The notes under the pieces: model-generated
What the model was told of the DNA's origin: nothing
Database searches by the model: none
Seen by the model: only the letters and a program-made list of their open reading frames with translations
Assembly: GCA_965207065.1 (NCBI GenBank)
Contig: OZ242260.1
Location: forward strand, 512,001-576,000
DNA from: a bacterium
Lineage (GTDB): Bacteria > UBA8248
Length of the DNA: 64,000 nucleotides
Direction: 5' to 3'
Shown here: one piece after another, positions 1 to 10,123 of the stretch
How positions within the stretch are numbered: position 1 is the stretch's first letter
Layout: each line of letters begins with the position of its first letter
Program-made: the position numbers and the translations under genes

Positions 1-624
1 CACCACGATATCGGCCTCTCTGGTGATGGCGGGAATGTCGCGCGTCCGGGAGTGGCACACCGTTATCGTCGCGTTCTCGTGCATCATCAGAATGGCCAAG
101 GGGAGTCCCACAATCTTGCTGCGCCCGATGAGAACGGCTTTTTTCCCTTCCAGGGGGATATCGTAGAACTTCAGAATCTCAAGCACGCCGGCGGGCGTAC
201 AGGGCTTGAGCGTACCCTGCTTGAGCGCCAGTTTTCCAAAATTTTCCGGGTGAAAGACATCGGCGTCTTTTTGCGGGGATACTTTGCGCAACACTTTTTC
301 TTCGTTCAAACCTCCGGGAAGCGGCAACTGCACCAGCATCCCGTCCACTTTGTCGTCGTGGTTCAACTGCTCAATGAGCGAGACGATATCATCCTGGCTG
401 GTATTCTCGTCCAATCGGTGATCGAAAGTCCGGATTCCGAGTTTCTTGGCGGAACGCCCCTTGATTCGGACATATACCTGGGAGGCCGGATCCTCACCCA
501 CGAGAACGACGGCGAGCCCCGGAGGCCTGCCCACCTCGGGAAGCAACGCATCAATGGAGGCTTTCAACTCCTCCATCACCTTGTCCGCCACGGGTTTGCC
601 TTTGAGCAGCAGGGCTTTTGACAT
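1..624 (-). CDS. folD: Bifunctional methylenetetrahydrofolate dehydrogenase/cyclohydrolase (3' part outside window)
   Basis: Manual minus-strand translation from ATG 624: MSKALLLKGKPVADK...PGLAVVLVGEDPASQVYV...VDGMLVQLPLP...PCTPAGV...GRSKIVGLP...NATITVCHSRT. Absent from the ORF track because it runs off the edge. Confidence 0.95.
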   Translation of the reverse strand, partial: MSKALLLKGKPVADKVMEELKASIDALLPEVGRPPGLAVVLVGEDPASQVYVRIKGRSAKKLGIRTFDHRLDENTSQDDIVSLIEQLNHDDKVDGMLVQLPLPGGLNEEKVLRKVSPQKDADVFHPENFGKLALKQGTLKPCTPAGVLEILKFYDIPLEGKKAVLIGRSKIVGLPLAILMMHENATITVCHSRTRDIPAITREADIVV

Positions 625-677
625 CTTTATCCCTTATATCGGGCGCGGCGGTTACACAATATCATCTCGACTGAGCG

Positions 678-1649
678 CTACACCAGAATTTTTCCGTCCT
701 GGATGATCATCTGCTCATCCGCCCATACGGTGGGGTTGTCGAAAATCATGTCGATGTGGAGCGGGGCTTCGACCACGCCCCCGATGCTGCCGCTGTCGCC
801 CACCGCCATGTGGCACGTGCCCCACGTCTTTTTCGCCTCCCGCATCGTCTCCCGGGGGCGGCATGCCGGATTCGTGCCAATGGCGAATTCCGCCACGTTC
901 TTCGCCAAATCCCCGTTTTCATCCAGCAGTTTCCAGAACCTGTCCGCGGCGGCGCTTCCCGTGATGGAGGCAACCTTTCCGTCCTTGATCTCGATGCGCA
1001 TGGGCTCGGTGACGAAGCCCAAGTCTTTTCGCTCGATGGAGAATGGGTTCACCATCACGCCGTTGGACGTGCCCTCCAGAGGGCTCATGGCCGCTTCTCC
1101 ATCCGGACAAGCCGCGAATTCTCCGGTTTTCCTCGCCACGCCGATGAGGGGGAAGCAAGTCCTTCCCTCCAGCGAGAATTCCATGTCGCAACCATCGGGC
1201 GTCGTAAACCGGCCCGTTTTCGCATCGGTGTATATGTCGGAAATCAACCGGGTGACCCGGGCGACCTCGTCGTAATCGGCCAGGGCGCCGCCTGCGACCA
1301 TCATGTCTTCTCGCCATCCCCACATATCCAGAACGCGCGCGCCTTGTTTGAGCGCGTTCCTCGCCGTCTCGGTATGGATGGTGGCGAAGCTGGTCTGGAG
1401 TATCACCACGTCGGAAGCCGCCATCGCCGCCCCCACGTGAGGCAGCGGGTCGATTCCCCCGTTCATATGCGGGGGCATGTGCATGACGGAGAGCTTAGCG
1501 CCCGTGGCGCTCAAAGCATGCGCAAGCGCTTCGGTAACCGATGCGGGACGATCCGAATCCGTTACGAGAAGCACCAGCTCGCCCTCTTTCACGTCAAGAA
1601 CCTGCTCTACGATTCGTCTGGCGGTAGGCGCCATATTGAATTTTACCAT
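678..1649 (-). CDS. Peptidase M29 (thermophilic metalloprotease/leucyl aminopeptidase)-like protein
   Basis: PDGEA, AEFAIGTNP, EAKK.GTCHMAVG and LHID motifs of the M29-like fold. Confidence 0.75.
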   Translation of the reverse strand: MVKFNMAPTARRIVEQVLDVKEGELVLLVTDSDRPASVTEALAHALSATGAKLSVMHMPPHMNGGIDPLPHVGAAMAASDVVILQTSFATIHTETARNALKQGARVLDMWGWREDMMVAGGALADYDEVARVTRLISDIYTDAKTGRFTTPDGCDMEFSLEGRTCFPLIGVARKTGEFAACPDGEAAMSPLEGTSNGVMVNPFSIERKDLGFVTEPMRIEIKDGKVASITGSAAADRFWKLLDENGDLAKNVAEFAIGTNPACRPRETMREAKKTWGTCHMAVGDSGSIGGVVEAPLHIDMIFDNPTVWADEQMIIQDGKILV

Positions 1650-1828
1650 TTCATCACCTCTGCATATTGGAAGCTAAAATTGACGATGCTTCGATTTGAA
1701 ATCAGTCGGTATCAGCGAAACTTTCTTTGGAGCCGCCGCATTATATGGGCCTATGAATCATAGTCGCAAGAGCGCGGCCTGATGTGAGAAAATCGCAAAT
1801 CGTCATGGACTGTATTTCAACAATATAA

Positions 1829-2257
1829 GTGAGAACGCAGGTGAATACCCCGAGAAACCCTTACCTTACGGTGGACGTCATCATCGAGTGCGGGAGCGAG
1901 ACGGGCGATGATGGCATCGTGATGATCGAGCGGAAAAATCCACCTCACGGCTGGGCGCTGCCGGGTGGGTTTGTCGACTACGGGGAATCGCTCGAAACCG
2001 CGGCGATCCGAGAAGCCAGGGAGGAAACGTCGCTCAACGTGGAACTGATTCGCCAGTTCCATGCTTACAGCGACCCCGGGCGCGATGAGAGGCAGCACAA
2101 CGTCACGGTCGTGTTCATCGCAAGGCCCTTGGGCGGTGTCCTGAAAGCACGAGACGACGCGAGGCGCGCAGGCGTTTTCGGCGAAAATGCCCTGCCCGCC
2201 GAAATCGCATTTGATCACGCGGACATTCTAAGCGATTATTTTTCAAAGAAGTATTAG
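1829..2257 (+). CDS. NUDIX hydrolase (ADP-ribose pyrophosphatase-like)
   Basis: Nudix box [27 protein letters not shown]-terminal AFDH motif. Confidence 0.9.
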   Translation: MRTQVNTPRNPYLTVDVIIECGSETGDDGIVMIERKNPPHGWALPGGFVDYGESLETAAIREAREETSLNVELIRQFHAYSDPGRDERQHNVTVVFIARPLGGVLKARDDARRAGVFGENALPAEIAFDHADILSDYFSKKY

Positions 2258-2370
2258 CATGAATCGTAACTGCGAAAGGCGTCCCGAAACACACTGTGCT
2301 ATCATGGACGGGTAACGCGGGGGGACACGCCTGTTTCCCCGATTTTTCTTTGACTTAAGGTTTACGTGAC

Positions 2371-3066
2371 ATGGACGGACTCCTCGGAAGTTTCGGGCGC
2401 GGAATCGAATCGATACGAAAGGACATCGCCGCCGTGATGGAGCGCGACCCCGCCTGCAGATCGAAAACGGAGGTGATTCTCTGCTATCCGGGGTTTCACG
2501 CCGTCTGCCTGCACCGGATGGCCCACTATTTCTGGAAACGGGGATTTCTGCTCGTTGCGCGGTGGCTGAGCCACTGGAACCGGTTCATCACGGGCATCGA
2601 AATTCACCCCGGCGCGCGGATCGGCGAGGGGCTTTTCATCGACCACGGGATGGGCGTCGTCATCGGAGAGACGACGCAGATCGGGAAAAACTGCACCATC
2701 TACCAGGGGGTGACGCTCGGCGGCGTGAGCCTCAAGAAGGAAAAAAGACATCCCTCTCTGGAGGACAACGTCGTCGTCGGCGTCGGAGCACGGGTTTTGG
2801 GTCCGCACGTCATCGGCGGCGGCAGCCGCATCGGCGCCAGTTCGGTCGTCATCTCGGACGTTCCGCCCGGCTGCACGGTCGTCGGCGTGCCCGCGCGCAT
2901 CGTCTACCGGGAGGGAGAAGGCAAAACGGACGTTCTGCTCCCCGTTTCTTTCGAGCACCACGAGTTGCCGGACCCGGTGGAGGCGGCCATTCAAGCCCTG
3001 AACCAGCGCATCGCGGCCCTCGAGAAAGAGCTGTCCCAGTTGCGAGAGCCGGCACGGGAAAAATAA
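2371..3066 (+). CDS. cysE: Serine O-acetyltransferase
   Basis: DPA...[38 protein letters not shown] hexapeptide repeats. Confidence 0.95.
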   Translation: MDGLLGSFGRGIESIRKDIAAVMERDPACRSKTEVILCYPGFHAVCLHRMAHYFWKRGFLLVARWLSHWNRFITGIEIHPGARIGEGLFIDHGMGVVIGETTQIGKNCTIYQGVTLGGVSLKKEKRHPSLEDNVVVGVGARVLGPHVIGGGSRIGASSVVISDVPPGCTVVGVPARIVYREGEGKTDVLLPVSFEHHELPDPVEAAIQALNQRIAALEKELSQLREPAREK

Positions 3067-3074
3067 GAGACATC

Positions 3075-4244
3075 ATGAAAACCATATACATGGACCACAA
3101 CGCAACGACCCCGATGCGTCCCGAGGTTCTGGCCGCGATGCAGCCCTATCTCGCCGAAAAATTCGGGAACCCGAACAGCATTCACCGTTATGGCCGGGAA
3201 ACCAGAATCGCGATCGAAAACGCCCGCGACCATGCGGCGGCGCTCATCGGCGCTGCGGAGAGCGACGAAATCTTCTTCACCGCCGGCGGAACGGAGAGCG
3301 ACAACTGGGCGCTCAGAGGCGTCATCTCCGCCGCTTCGGGAAGGAGCCACGTCGTCACCACGGCAATCGAGCACGAGGCGGTACTCGCGACGTGCCATAT
3401 GCTGGAAGCGCAGGGGGTTGAGGTCACCTACGTGAAGCCGAACCGAAAAGGACGCGTTTCAGCGGAAGAGGTGGCGTCGGCGATTCGGCCGGATACGAAA
3501 ATCGTGTCCGTCATATGGGGCAACAACGAGGTCGGCACGGTTCAGCCCATCCATGAGATCGGCGCGCTTTGCCGGGAGCGCGGAATCCTGTTTCATACGG
3601 ATGCCGTACAGGCGCTGGGCAAGCAACCCATCGACGTGGAGCGCGCCGGCGTGTCTTTGCTTTCCGCCACCGGACATAAAATCAACGCCTCCAAGGGAAC
3701 GGGTTTTTTGTATGTGAAGAAAGGAACCGAGCTCGACCCCTTCATGACCGGCGGCGGGCAGGAGCAAAACCTGCGCTCGGGTACGGAAAACGTGGCCGGC
3801 ATCGTGGCGTTGGGAGAAGCCTGCCGCCTTGCGAAAGAGGAAGGCCCGCAATCCGCAAAGAACATCGCCGCCCTGAGGGATCGGCTCGAAAACGAAATCT
3901 GCGAGCACGTTCCCGACGTCTTGGTCAACGGCGACACGGATCACAGGCTGCCCGGCACATCGAACCTGGGCTTCATCGGTGCGGAAGGGGAAACGCTCCT
4001 GATCCGACTCGATCTGGAGGGCATCGCCGTGAGCACCGGGGCCGCCTGCAGCTCGGGTTCCCCCGAGCCCAGCCACGTCCTTCTGGCGATGGATTTGCCG
4101 AAAGAAACCGTGCAGGGCTCGCTCAGATTCAGCCTCGGCTACGGCAACTCGGATGCGGATATCGACAGGCTGCTCGAAGTGCTGCCCGAAGCCGTCAGCA
4201 AGGTGCGCGAAATGGCGCCTCGCCTGAAATCAACGAAAACATGA
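3075..4244 (+). CDS. iscS: Cysteine desulfurase (IscS/NifS family)
   Basis: Start re-set to ATG 3075 (MKTIYMDHNATTP); FGNPNS, HTDAVQA, PLP Lys in ATGHK, active Cys in STGAACSSG. Confidence 0.93.
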   Translation: MKTIYMDHNATTPMRPEVLAAMQPYLAEKFGNPNSIHRYGRETRIAIENARDHAAALIGAAESDEIFFTAGGTESDNWALRGVISAASGRSHVVTTAIEHEAVLATCHMLEAQGVEVTYVKPNRKGRVSAEEVASAIRPDTKIVSVIWGNNEVGTVQPIHEIGALCRERGILFHTDAVQALGKQPIDVERAGVSLLSATGHKINASKGTGFLYVKKGTELDPFMTGGGQEQNLRSGTENVAGIVALGEACRLAKEEGPQSAKNIAALRDRLENEICEHVPDVLVNGDTDHRLPGTSNLGFIGAEGETLLIRLDLEGIAVSTGAACSSGSPEPSHVLLAMDLPKETVQGSLRFSLGYGNSDADIDRLLEVLPEAVSKVREMAPRLKSTKT

Positions 4245-4253
4245 GAAGAACCT

Positions 4254-4637
4254 TTGGCTCCAAGAGACGACTACCACTATAACGAGACGGTGCTCGCCCA
4301 CATTGCGGACCCGCGCAATATCGGCGTCATCGAAGACGCGGACGCCGAGGGGAGTGGAACGAACCCCGCCTGCGGCGATGAAGTAACGCTTTTTCTCAAA
4401 TTCGAGGGCGAGACGGTCTCGGACGCCAGGATGAGAATCCTCGGCTGCGGGGCGATTACGGCCGCCATGAGTTCGCTGACGGATATGGTGCGCGGAAAAA
4501 CAGTCGACGAGCTTGGAGAAATTACCGCCGAGGAAATCGCGGAAAGCGTCGACGGCCTCCCCTCCCATAAACGCCACTGCGCCACCCTCGCCCGGCGGGT
4601 ACTCCAGAACGCGCTTAAATCGAGAAGCGCCAGCTGA
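4254..4637 (+). CDS. iscU: Fe-S cluster scaffold, IscU/NifU N-terminal family
   Basis: Three conserved Cys: NPACGD, GCGA, KRHCA; follows iscS. Confidence 0.88.
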   Translation: MAPRDDYHYNETVLAHIADPRNIGVIEDADAEGSGTNPACGDEVTLFLKFEGETVSDARMRILGCGAITAAMSSLTDMVRGKTVDELGEITAEEIAESVDGLPSHKRHCATLARRVLQNALKSRSAS

Positions 4638-4644
4638 CCCCTCC

Positions 4645-5106
4645 ATGAACGCTTCACAAACGGTTAAAATACTGGAACTAGACGCCATGAAGGGTTGGGC
4701 GCTTCGCACCGAGGCCGCTGCCAGCCCTGAGATTATCGGCCTCACCCAGGCCCGCCTGCTCAGGATTTGCAGGAACCTTCCCGCAATCGGCCCCGCTTAC
4801 GGACTCGACTATGGGGAGTGCGGATACGAGGCCTGCCGGCGGGCGCTCACCGACCTGCCGAGACCCGAGGAACTCCATGAGACGAATTTTATGGGCGGAT
4901 GGCATGCGGTGGGAACGCACACCGGGGGATATGACACGCTTAGGCTCACGCTGGGCGAGATGATTGAAAAATGGCTGCCGCACAGCGGATTCAGGAGAAG
5001 GGAAGGCCCGGTGATGTATCGATACATGACCGACCCCCGCGAAACGGCGGAAGCCGACACCCGAACGGAAGTCTGCGTGCCCGTTCAGCCCGACCCGATT
5101 GAGTGA
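4645..5106 (+). CDS. GyrI-like small-molecule-binding domain protein
   Basis: H.GGYD.L, WLP.SG, Y..DP.....RTEV.VPV pattern; ATG 4645 just after the iscU stop. Confidence 0.65.
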   Translation: MNASQTVKILELDAMKGWALRTEAAASPEIIGLTQARLLRICRNLPAIGPAYGLDYGECGYEACRRALTDLPRPEELHETNFMGGWHAVGTHTGGYDTLRLTLGEMIEKWLPHSGFRRREGPVMYRYMTDPRETAEADTRTEVCVPVQPDPIE

Positions 5107-5154
5107 GAGTCTGACATGTCACGACCTGTTCAAAAGAAGCGGTGCGGTTTTGTT

Positions 5155-5293
5155 CGTCATTCCGGCGAAAGCCGGAATCCAGAACCGATAGGAGTGTAAA
5201 GTTTCGGGTATTTCATTCCATCATTTAACGAGCTTGAATAAATACGAAAAACCAAAGGCGAAACCCTGGATTCCGGCATGCGCCGGAATGACG
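5155..5293. repeat. REP doublet, family A (CGTCATTCCGGC-N4-GCCGGAATCCAG and inverted copy)
   Basis: Inverted palindromic units at 5155-5182 and 5266-5293; related copy at 25694-25720, partial copy near 8645-8660. Confidence 0.85.
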
Positions 5294-5380
5294 GCATGTG
5301 GATCAAGCATCAGCCATGAGAAAGGGTTTTAGGGGCAGCCCCATTTATCCGACGTATTTCGTCATTGCATATTCGGGGGG

Positions 5381-5464
5381 TGTAGGTCAGACATATATGA
5401 CTGACATATCATGCGACCCTGTTTTTTCACCCACTACAAGGGCCGCATATATGCGGCCCCTACA
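5381..5464. repeat. GTAG-type REP doublet (CATATATG subtype)
   Basis: GGGCCGCATATATGCGGCCCCTACA at 5440-5464 is identical to 8725-8749; degenerate partner upstream. Confidence 0.8.
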
Positions 5465-5561
5465 CCTATGCGCGGCAAGACGGAATACCGCCGCCGAAAT
5501 GACGGTGGTTTGTCTCGGTCGATGAGGAACGGAACAAGGACAAATCACGACCTCGGACACT

Positions 5562-8513
5562 TCACGCCTTTGAGATTCGGCACAGCAGGCTTTTCAGATT
5601 CGTCTGGTCCGAGCACGGGTCGCGCTGCGTGATGTCCGTCAGGAAATTCACCGACCGCCAGGGGTGGTAGGGCTGGCGTTCTCCCCAGCCGATGGGAACG
5701 AACACCGAGTCCTCCCGGATGCCCGCGTTCACCCAGGCCATCGCCTCGATGGCGCCATGGGCCGTCTCCACCCGGACTTTCTCCCCATCTTCGATTCCCA
5801 ACGCTTCTGCTTTTTCGGGATGTATCTGGCAATAGAGGTCGGGCCACATCTCCTGCGCCTGCCAGAAATAATGCGTCCAGCTATGAAAATGCGGCGCGGG
5901 CGGGCGGCCCGTTATCAGCGTCGTCTCAAAGCCTTTTCGGCGAAGCGCATCGCCCAGGTTTTTCTCATCCGGCTGAACGATTCTGGCGGCGCGAGACCCC
6001 GTCGGCACCTTGCTGAACGGAGAGATAACTTCCAGATCGTCGTCTCCGTGTTCATATTCGAGATAGGGCAATTGCAGAAGATTTTCCTTCTCGCTGTAAA
6101 ACTCAGGGAGTGCGGAGAGTCCTACTTTCGAGAATTTTTCCTCCAGCGCTTCCGTCCAGAACTCGAGCCGCCCGCTCGGCGTGGGGAAGCGCTTGCCCTC
6201 GGGCTGTCCGGTGGCGGTCGTTCCTTCGAGATACAACGTCTCCTGTTCGGGGGCATCCTCGCTCGCGACGGGAAAACGCACCCATCGGTAGGGAACCGAG
6301 TGTAGCCGCTTCTGCGTCACGCCCCTCAGGAAATCGTTGTCGATGCACATCTCGTCCCAGAACTTGCCCGGGTCCTTGTATTCCTCTTTCATGACGTCGC
6401 CGAACCCGAGGCGCCGCCCGAGTTCTATCCATATCCATCCATCGGGCTTCGCCTCTCCCGGCGGGTCGATCATCTTGTCTATCCACACGATTCTTCTGTC
6501 GTCATTCGTGCGGCCCAGCTCCCCTTTTTCGATCCCGCCCGCCGCGGGCAGCACGTAATCCGCATAGGCTGAGGTCTCATTCGCGAACAACTCGATATGG
6601 ACGACGAGGTCGAGCGCCTGGAAAGCCTCGCGCGCGTCATCCTGGCCCGGCCATTGCGCGAGCGGGTTGTTGCACGTGATGAGCCCCTTGATGGGATACG
6701 GCTTGCCCTCCCGCATGGCGCTCAACCAGCCCGCCGGGCTCCTGCGGGCCATCGGCTTTTCAATTTTCGCCCTTCTGTTTTCCGGCGCGTTGGCGGCGAT
6801 GGGCGGCCCCGCCGTCATGTTCACGTAGGCGCCGCCCTTGCGGCCCCAGTTTCCCGTTATCGCGGCGACGAACATCATCGCCCGGTTGGTCTGTACCGAG
6901 TTGGTATGCTGGTTGAGTCCCCGGCTACCGAAGATGACGCAGCCGTCCGCTCGGGCCACGTCCTCGGAAAGCGCGCGAATCTCATCCGCAGGAATGCCCG
7001 TTATGGCTTCCGCCCAATCGGGGGAATAACCCTTTGCGATTATGAAATCGCGCCAGCGCTCCCAGCCCAGCACCCATTCCTCGCAGAAACGCTGGTCGTG
7101 CATATTTTCAGAGAGAATATGGTGCGCCATGGCGAGGCCCAGGGCCATGTCGGTACCCGGTCGGATGGCGAGCCATTTATCCGCCTTGCTCGCCGTGGCG
7201 GTGTACCTCGGGTCCACAACCACCATCCTGGTCTTGTTCCTGATGCGCCAGTCGTTCACCTTGCCGAAATAGACTGGACGCGTCTCCGCCTGGTTGTCCC
7301 CGATGTAGAGATACATACCGGCGCTGCCGATATCCTCGGGCGTATAGCTGTTCCCGTTTCCGTTGGTCCCGTGCGTCACCTCGTAGGCGACCACCTTGCC
7401 CGCCGCGCAAAACGGGTCCGTACCCTGCAGGTTCGGCGTGCCCCACATCTGGCTGAACAAGCGCGCATAGCCTTTTTGCGTAATGAGACCCGTGCGGGTG
7501 CCCACGAACATCGCCAGCGCCTCCGTGCCCCATTTTTCTCTCAAGACTTCCAGTTTCGCGGCGATCTCATCGAGCGCCTGCTCCCAGGTGATGCGCTCGA
7601 ATTCGCCCTCACCCCGGCGGCCGACGCGCTTGAGCGGATACTGGAGGCGATGCTCGTTGTGGTGCATCTGGAGCGTGAACTGCGCCTTGGGACAGATTTT
7701 TCCGTTCAGGACGGGGTCCTCGTCGTTTCCCGTCACGTTGATGAGCTTATCACCCTGGAAATGGAACTTGGCGGTGCAGCAGTTGAAACAGAAATTACAC
7801 CCCCCCGGCACGACGCGGTCCGCCTGGAGCGTCTTTTTGTCGTGCAGGTAGGGGAAGTCGGGGCCTTTCTCCTCGAAAACGCCGTTCGCTTCGGGTGAAT
7901 CCACGAAACGAGGCCGTTTGGGTTCCTCGTGCAAACTTGAATTTTCCGCTCCATTCAAGCGGCCGTTTTCCCTCTCGATTTTCTCCAGATATATCGTCTG
8001 CGGCTTCAGGAGAAAATGGTCGTGATCCCGAAGGCTCCGCTCCTCTTCCTCCGCCTTTTCGAGAAGCGTCTCCCTCTCCCCGAACGAGATGGCGTAGCCC
8101 GGACATATCTCAGCGCAGGCGGGCTCCAGCTCCTTCTCCCGCCGCTCGGGACACAGGTCGCACTTCACCGAATGATGCCCCTGGGCGTCATAGCCCATCG
8201 CGCTGTAGGGACACGCCATGACGCATTCCCCGCAACCCGTGCAGAGCGACTCATGAACCTCCACCACGCCGGTATCGGGGTCTTTCGTGATTGCCTTGGG
8301 ATGAACGGGACAGGCCCTCAGGCAAGCGGGCCGTTCGCAATGCTGACAGGTGAGCGTGAGGAAATCGGGTGCTCCCGTGGAAGCGTTCCCCAGCCAGACC
8401 ACTTTGTTGCGGTATTGGCCGGGGCCCAGCCTGTGCTCCTGCTTGCAGGCCGCCTCACAGCTCTTGCAGCCGAAGCACCGCTCCAGATCGATCATCAAGG
8501 CCAGTTGGCTCAA
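5562..8513 (-). CDS. Molybdopterin (bis-PGD) oxidoreductase with fused N-terminal DmsB/NrfC-like 4x[4Fe-4S] domain
   Basis: N-terminus has 16 Cys (CFGCKSCEAAC, CQHCERPAC..CP, CTGCGECVMACP, KCDLC..PACAEICP); then CNFCFNCC...ICPK, RLQYPLKR, VVVDPRYT, PGTDMAL, ADYVLP and a C-terminal molybdopterin-dinucleotide domain; TTG start with AAGGAG RBS. Confidence 0.9.
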   Translation of the reverse strand: MSQLALMIDLERCFGCKSCEAACKQEHRLGPGQYRNKVVWLGNASTGAPDFLTLTCQHCERPACLRACPVHPKAITKDPDTGVVEVHESLCTGCGECVMACPYSAMGYDAQGHHSVKCDLCPERREKELEPACAEICPGYAISFGERETLLEKAEEEERSLRDHDHFLLKPQTIYLEKIERENGRLNGAENSSLHEEPKRPRFVDSPEANGVFEEKGPDFPYLHDKKTLQADRVVPGGCNFCFNCCTAKFHFQGDKLINVTGNDEDPVLNGKICPKAQFTLQMHHNEHRLQYPLKRVGRRGEGEFERITWEQALDEIAAKLEVLREKWGTEALAMFVGTRTGLITQKGYARLFSQMWGTPNLQGTDPFCAAGKVVAYEVTHGTNGNGNSYTPEDIGSAGMYLYIGDNQAETRPVYFGKVNDWRIRNKTRMVVVDPRYTATASKADKWLAIRPGTDMALGLAMAHHILSENMHDQRFCEEWVLGWERWRDFIIAKGYSPDWAEAITGIPADEIRALSEDVARADGCVIFGSRGLNQHTNSVQTNRAMMFVAAITGNWGRKGGAYVNMTAGPPIAANAPENRRAKIEKPMARRSPAGWLSAMREGKPYPIKGLITCNNPLAQWPGQDDAREAFQALDLVVHIELFANETSAYADYVLPAAGGIEKGELGRTNDDRRIVWIDKMIDPPGEAKPDGWIWIELGRRLGFGDVMKEEYKDPGKFWDEMCIDNDFLRGVTQKRLHSVPYRWVRFPVASEDAPEQETLYLEGTTATGQPEGKRFPTPSGRLEFWTEALEEKFSKVGLSALPEFYSEKENLLQLPYLEYEHGDDDLEVISPFSKVPTGSRAARIVQPDEKNLGDALRRKGFETTLITGRPPAPHFHSWTHYFWQAQEMWPDLYCQIHPEKAEALGIEDGEKVRVETAHGAIEAMAWVNAGIREDSVFVPIGWGERQPYHPWRSVNFLTDITQRDPCSDQTNLKSLLCRISKA

Positions 8514-8604
8514 GACTCGCTCCTTAAGGAAGAAGGCGTCGAAAAGGCCCCTGTGGAAGGGATTTGCAGGTGGCGCTCCCTCCTTGGGGTTGTCCCAAGC
8601 ATAT

Positions 8605-8811
8605 GGGGCTTTTGAAAAACCCTCCTCGCTCGGGATTCACACAGTCGTCATTCCGGCGTTAATGTCGCTTCTGTTGTAGGGGTCGCATATATGCGACCCG
8701 GCCTTTTTCGCGCCTCCTGCGAACGGGCCGCATATATGCGGCCCCTACATGGCTTCTCGCCTGTTAAAGCGTCCCTCTGTCCCTTCCCCAGGTAGATTTT
8801 CTCAACAACCC
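8605..8811. mobile_element. MITE-like element: imperfect terminal inverted repeats enclosing a REP doublet
   Basis: GGGGCTTTTGAAAAAC (8605-8620) and GATTTTCTCAACAACCC (8795-8811) enclose GTAGGGGTCGCATATATGCGACCC and GGGCCGCATATATGCGGCCCCTAC. Confidence 0.55.
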
Positions 8812-8822
8812 GGACGCGCGGG

Positions 8823-9596
8823 CTACCACTTCGTCAGGTGCCACCAGTAAATCTCTTCCCCGCCCGAAACATAACCGGCGAAAAAAGTGACGGTAACGAT
8901 GTGCCCCAGCATACCGAGAATGAAGGCAAACGCCAAAACGATGTGAACCAGCCGCCAGTACGCCTGCGCAGTAGATACGCTCGCGCGCATGCCCAGTAAT
9001 TTGTTTTCCCGGCCGACCAGCCGGGCGTAGGCGAGCGTAAGACCCGGTCTTGTGAGCCAGTGTTTGAGTCTCGGAGAGAAGACGCCCTCATTCGCTCCCG
9101 GCTCGAGCCTCGAAAGCAGGGATTCTTTCTCTTCGATGAGGCGGGCCATTTGCTCGCGTTTTTCGGAACTGAGTGGAGAGAAGGATTGCTCCCTCGAAGC
9201 GAACGTGGCCGACATATCTTTGGAAAGTCGAACGCGCGCCCACACGCCCAGAATCACCAGAAGCAACAGGGCGACGAGCAACAGCGCCGGCGCATAGCGA
9301 AGAAACCCGCCCGAGTGGACCGTCACCAGCACGGCACCCAGGGTGGCCGTCACGACATGGGCGGAAAACCAGCCAATGGGGGAGCCGCCCGTGCCCGTTC
9401 GCTTCGTGATCACGAAGACTACGGAGACGCACAGAAGAATCGTCCCCGCCACGCCTATCAGATACAGCGTCGGGGAACCCGGCAGATGCCAATCACGCGG
9501 TAATTCGTGCTGAAACGCAAAGAAGGTGACCAGAACGACCGCAGCAGCGAATACGAGATACGCAAGCAGTCTGTCGCCGATATCGAGTCTTCTCAT
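8823..9596 (-). CDS. Integral membrane protein with paired His residues, possible di-heme cytochrome b-like anchor
   Basis: About 6-7 hydrophobic segments; WFSAH..VH and WRLVH..GH pairs; upstream of and co-oriented with the Mo enzyme. Confidence 0.6.
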   Translation of the reverse strand: MRRLDIGDRLLAYLVFAAAVVLVTFFAFQHELPRDWHLPGSPTLYLIGVAGTILLCVSVVFVITKRTGTGGSPIGWFSAHVVTATLGAVLVTVHSGGFLRYAPALLLVALLLLVILGVWARVRLSKDMSATFASREQSFSPLSSEKREQMARLIEEKESLLSRLEPGANEGVFSPRLKHWLTRPGLTLAYARLVGRENKLLGMRASVSTAQAYWRLVHIVLAFAFILGMLGHIVTVTFFAGYVSGGEEIYWWHLTKW

Positions 9597-9601
9597 GAAA
9601 A

Positions 9602-10081
9602 TCAGGGAAATTCGATTTTCTCGACGTCTACGATTTCAAAATTTCTCACGCCGCCGGGCAACTGAACCGCCACCTCATCGCCCGGTTCTTTCTGCATGAG
9701 CCCGCGCGAGAGCGGCGCGCTGAAGGAGATGATCCCGTTGGGGAGGTCGCTTTCCTCCTCGCCCAATATCTTGTAGGTAATCTCTTCATCCTTATCCAGG
9801 TCGAAAAGCGTGACTTTCGTGCCGATGGTGACCCTGTCGCCGGCGATGGGGAGGTCCTCGATCACGCTCGCCTCGCGGATCTTGTCCATGATGCGGCTGA
9901 TTTCGTTCTTGAGGTTGCCCTGCAGCTCGATGGCCGCTTCCCACTCGGCGTTCTCGCTCAAATCGCCCAGACTCGCCGCCTTGCCGATTTCTTTCGCCAC
10001 CTCGTGCTTCAGACGGTGTTGAATTTCTCCAACCTTTTGCCTCAACCCCTCGAGTCTTGCTTTCGTAATGTAATACGGCAT
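9602..10081 (-). CDS. greA: Transcription elongation factor GreA
   Basis: GDLSENAEW motif; C-terminal ISF.APL.RGL, GDEV.VQLPGG. Confidence 0.93.
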   Translation of the reverse strand: MPYYITKARLEGLRQKVGEIQHRLKHEVAKEIGKAASLGDLSENAEWEAAIELQGNLKNEISRIMDKIREASVIEDLPIAGDRVTIGTKVTLFDLDKDEEITYKILGEEESDLPNGIISFSAPLSRGLMQKEPGDEVAVQLPGGVRNFEIVDVEKIEFP

Positions 10082-10123
10082 CTCTTCCTCATTCAGCGGT
10101 TTGAAATAATCTGCAAATGCGCC

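Noticed and set aside
52-621. Plus-strand 189-aa ORF and other long antisense ORFs (e.g. 6597-7898, 13140-14642, 20206-21654, 28464-29777)
   Set aside because: Antisense shadows of well-supported genes in GC-rich DNA.
2562-3074. 171-aa N-terminal extension of IscS in the ORF track
   Set aside because: Overlaps cysE out of frame; IscS homology starts at ATG 3075.
5562-8513. Calling the Mo enzyme acetylene hydratase, formate dehydrogenase or a selenoenzyme
   Set aside because: No FS0-adjacent Asp, no FDH C/U-H ligand motif, no in-frame TGA.
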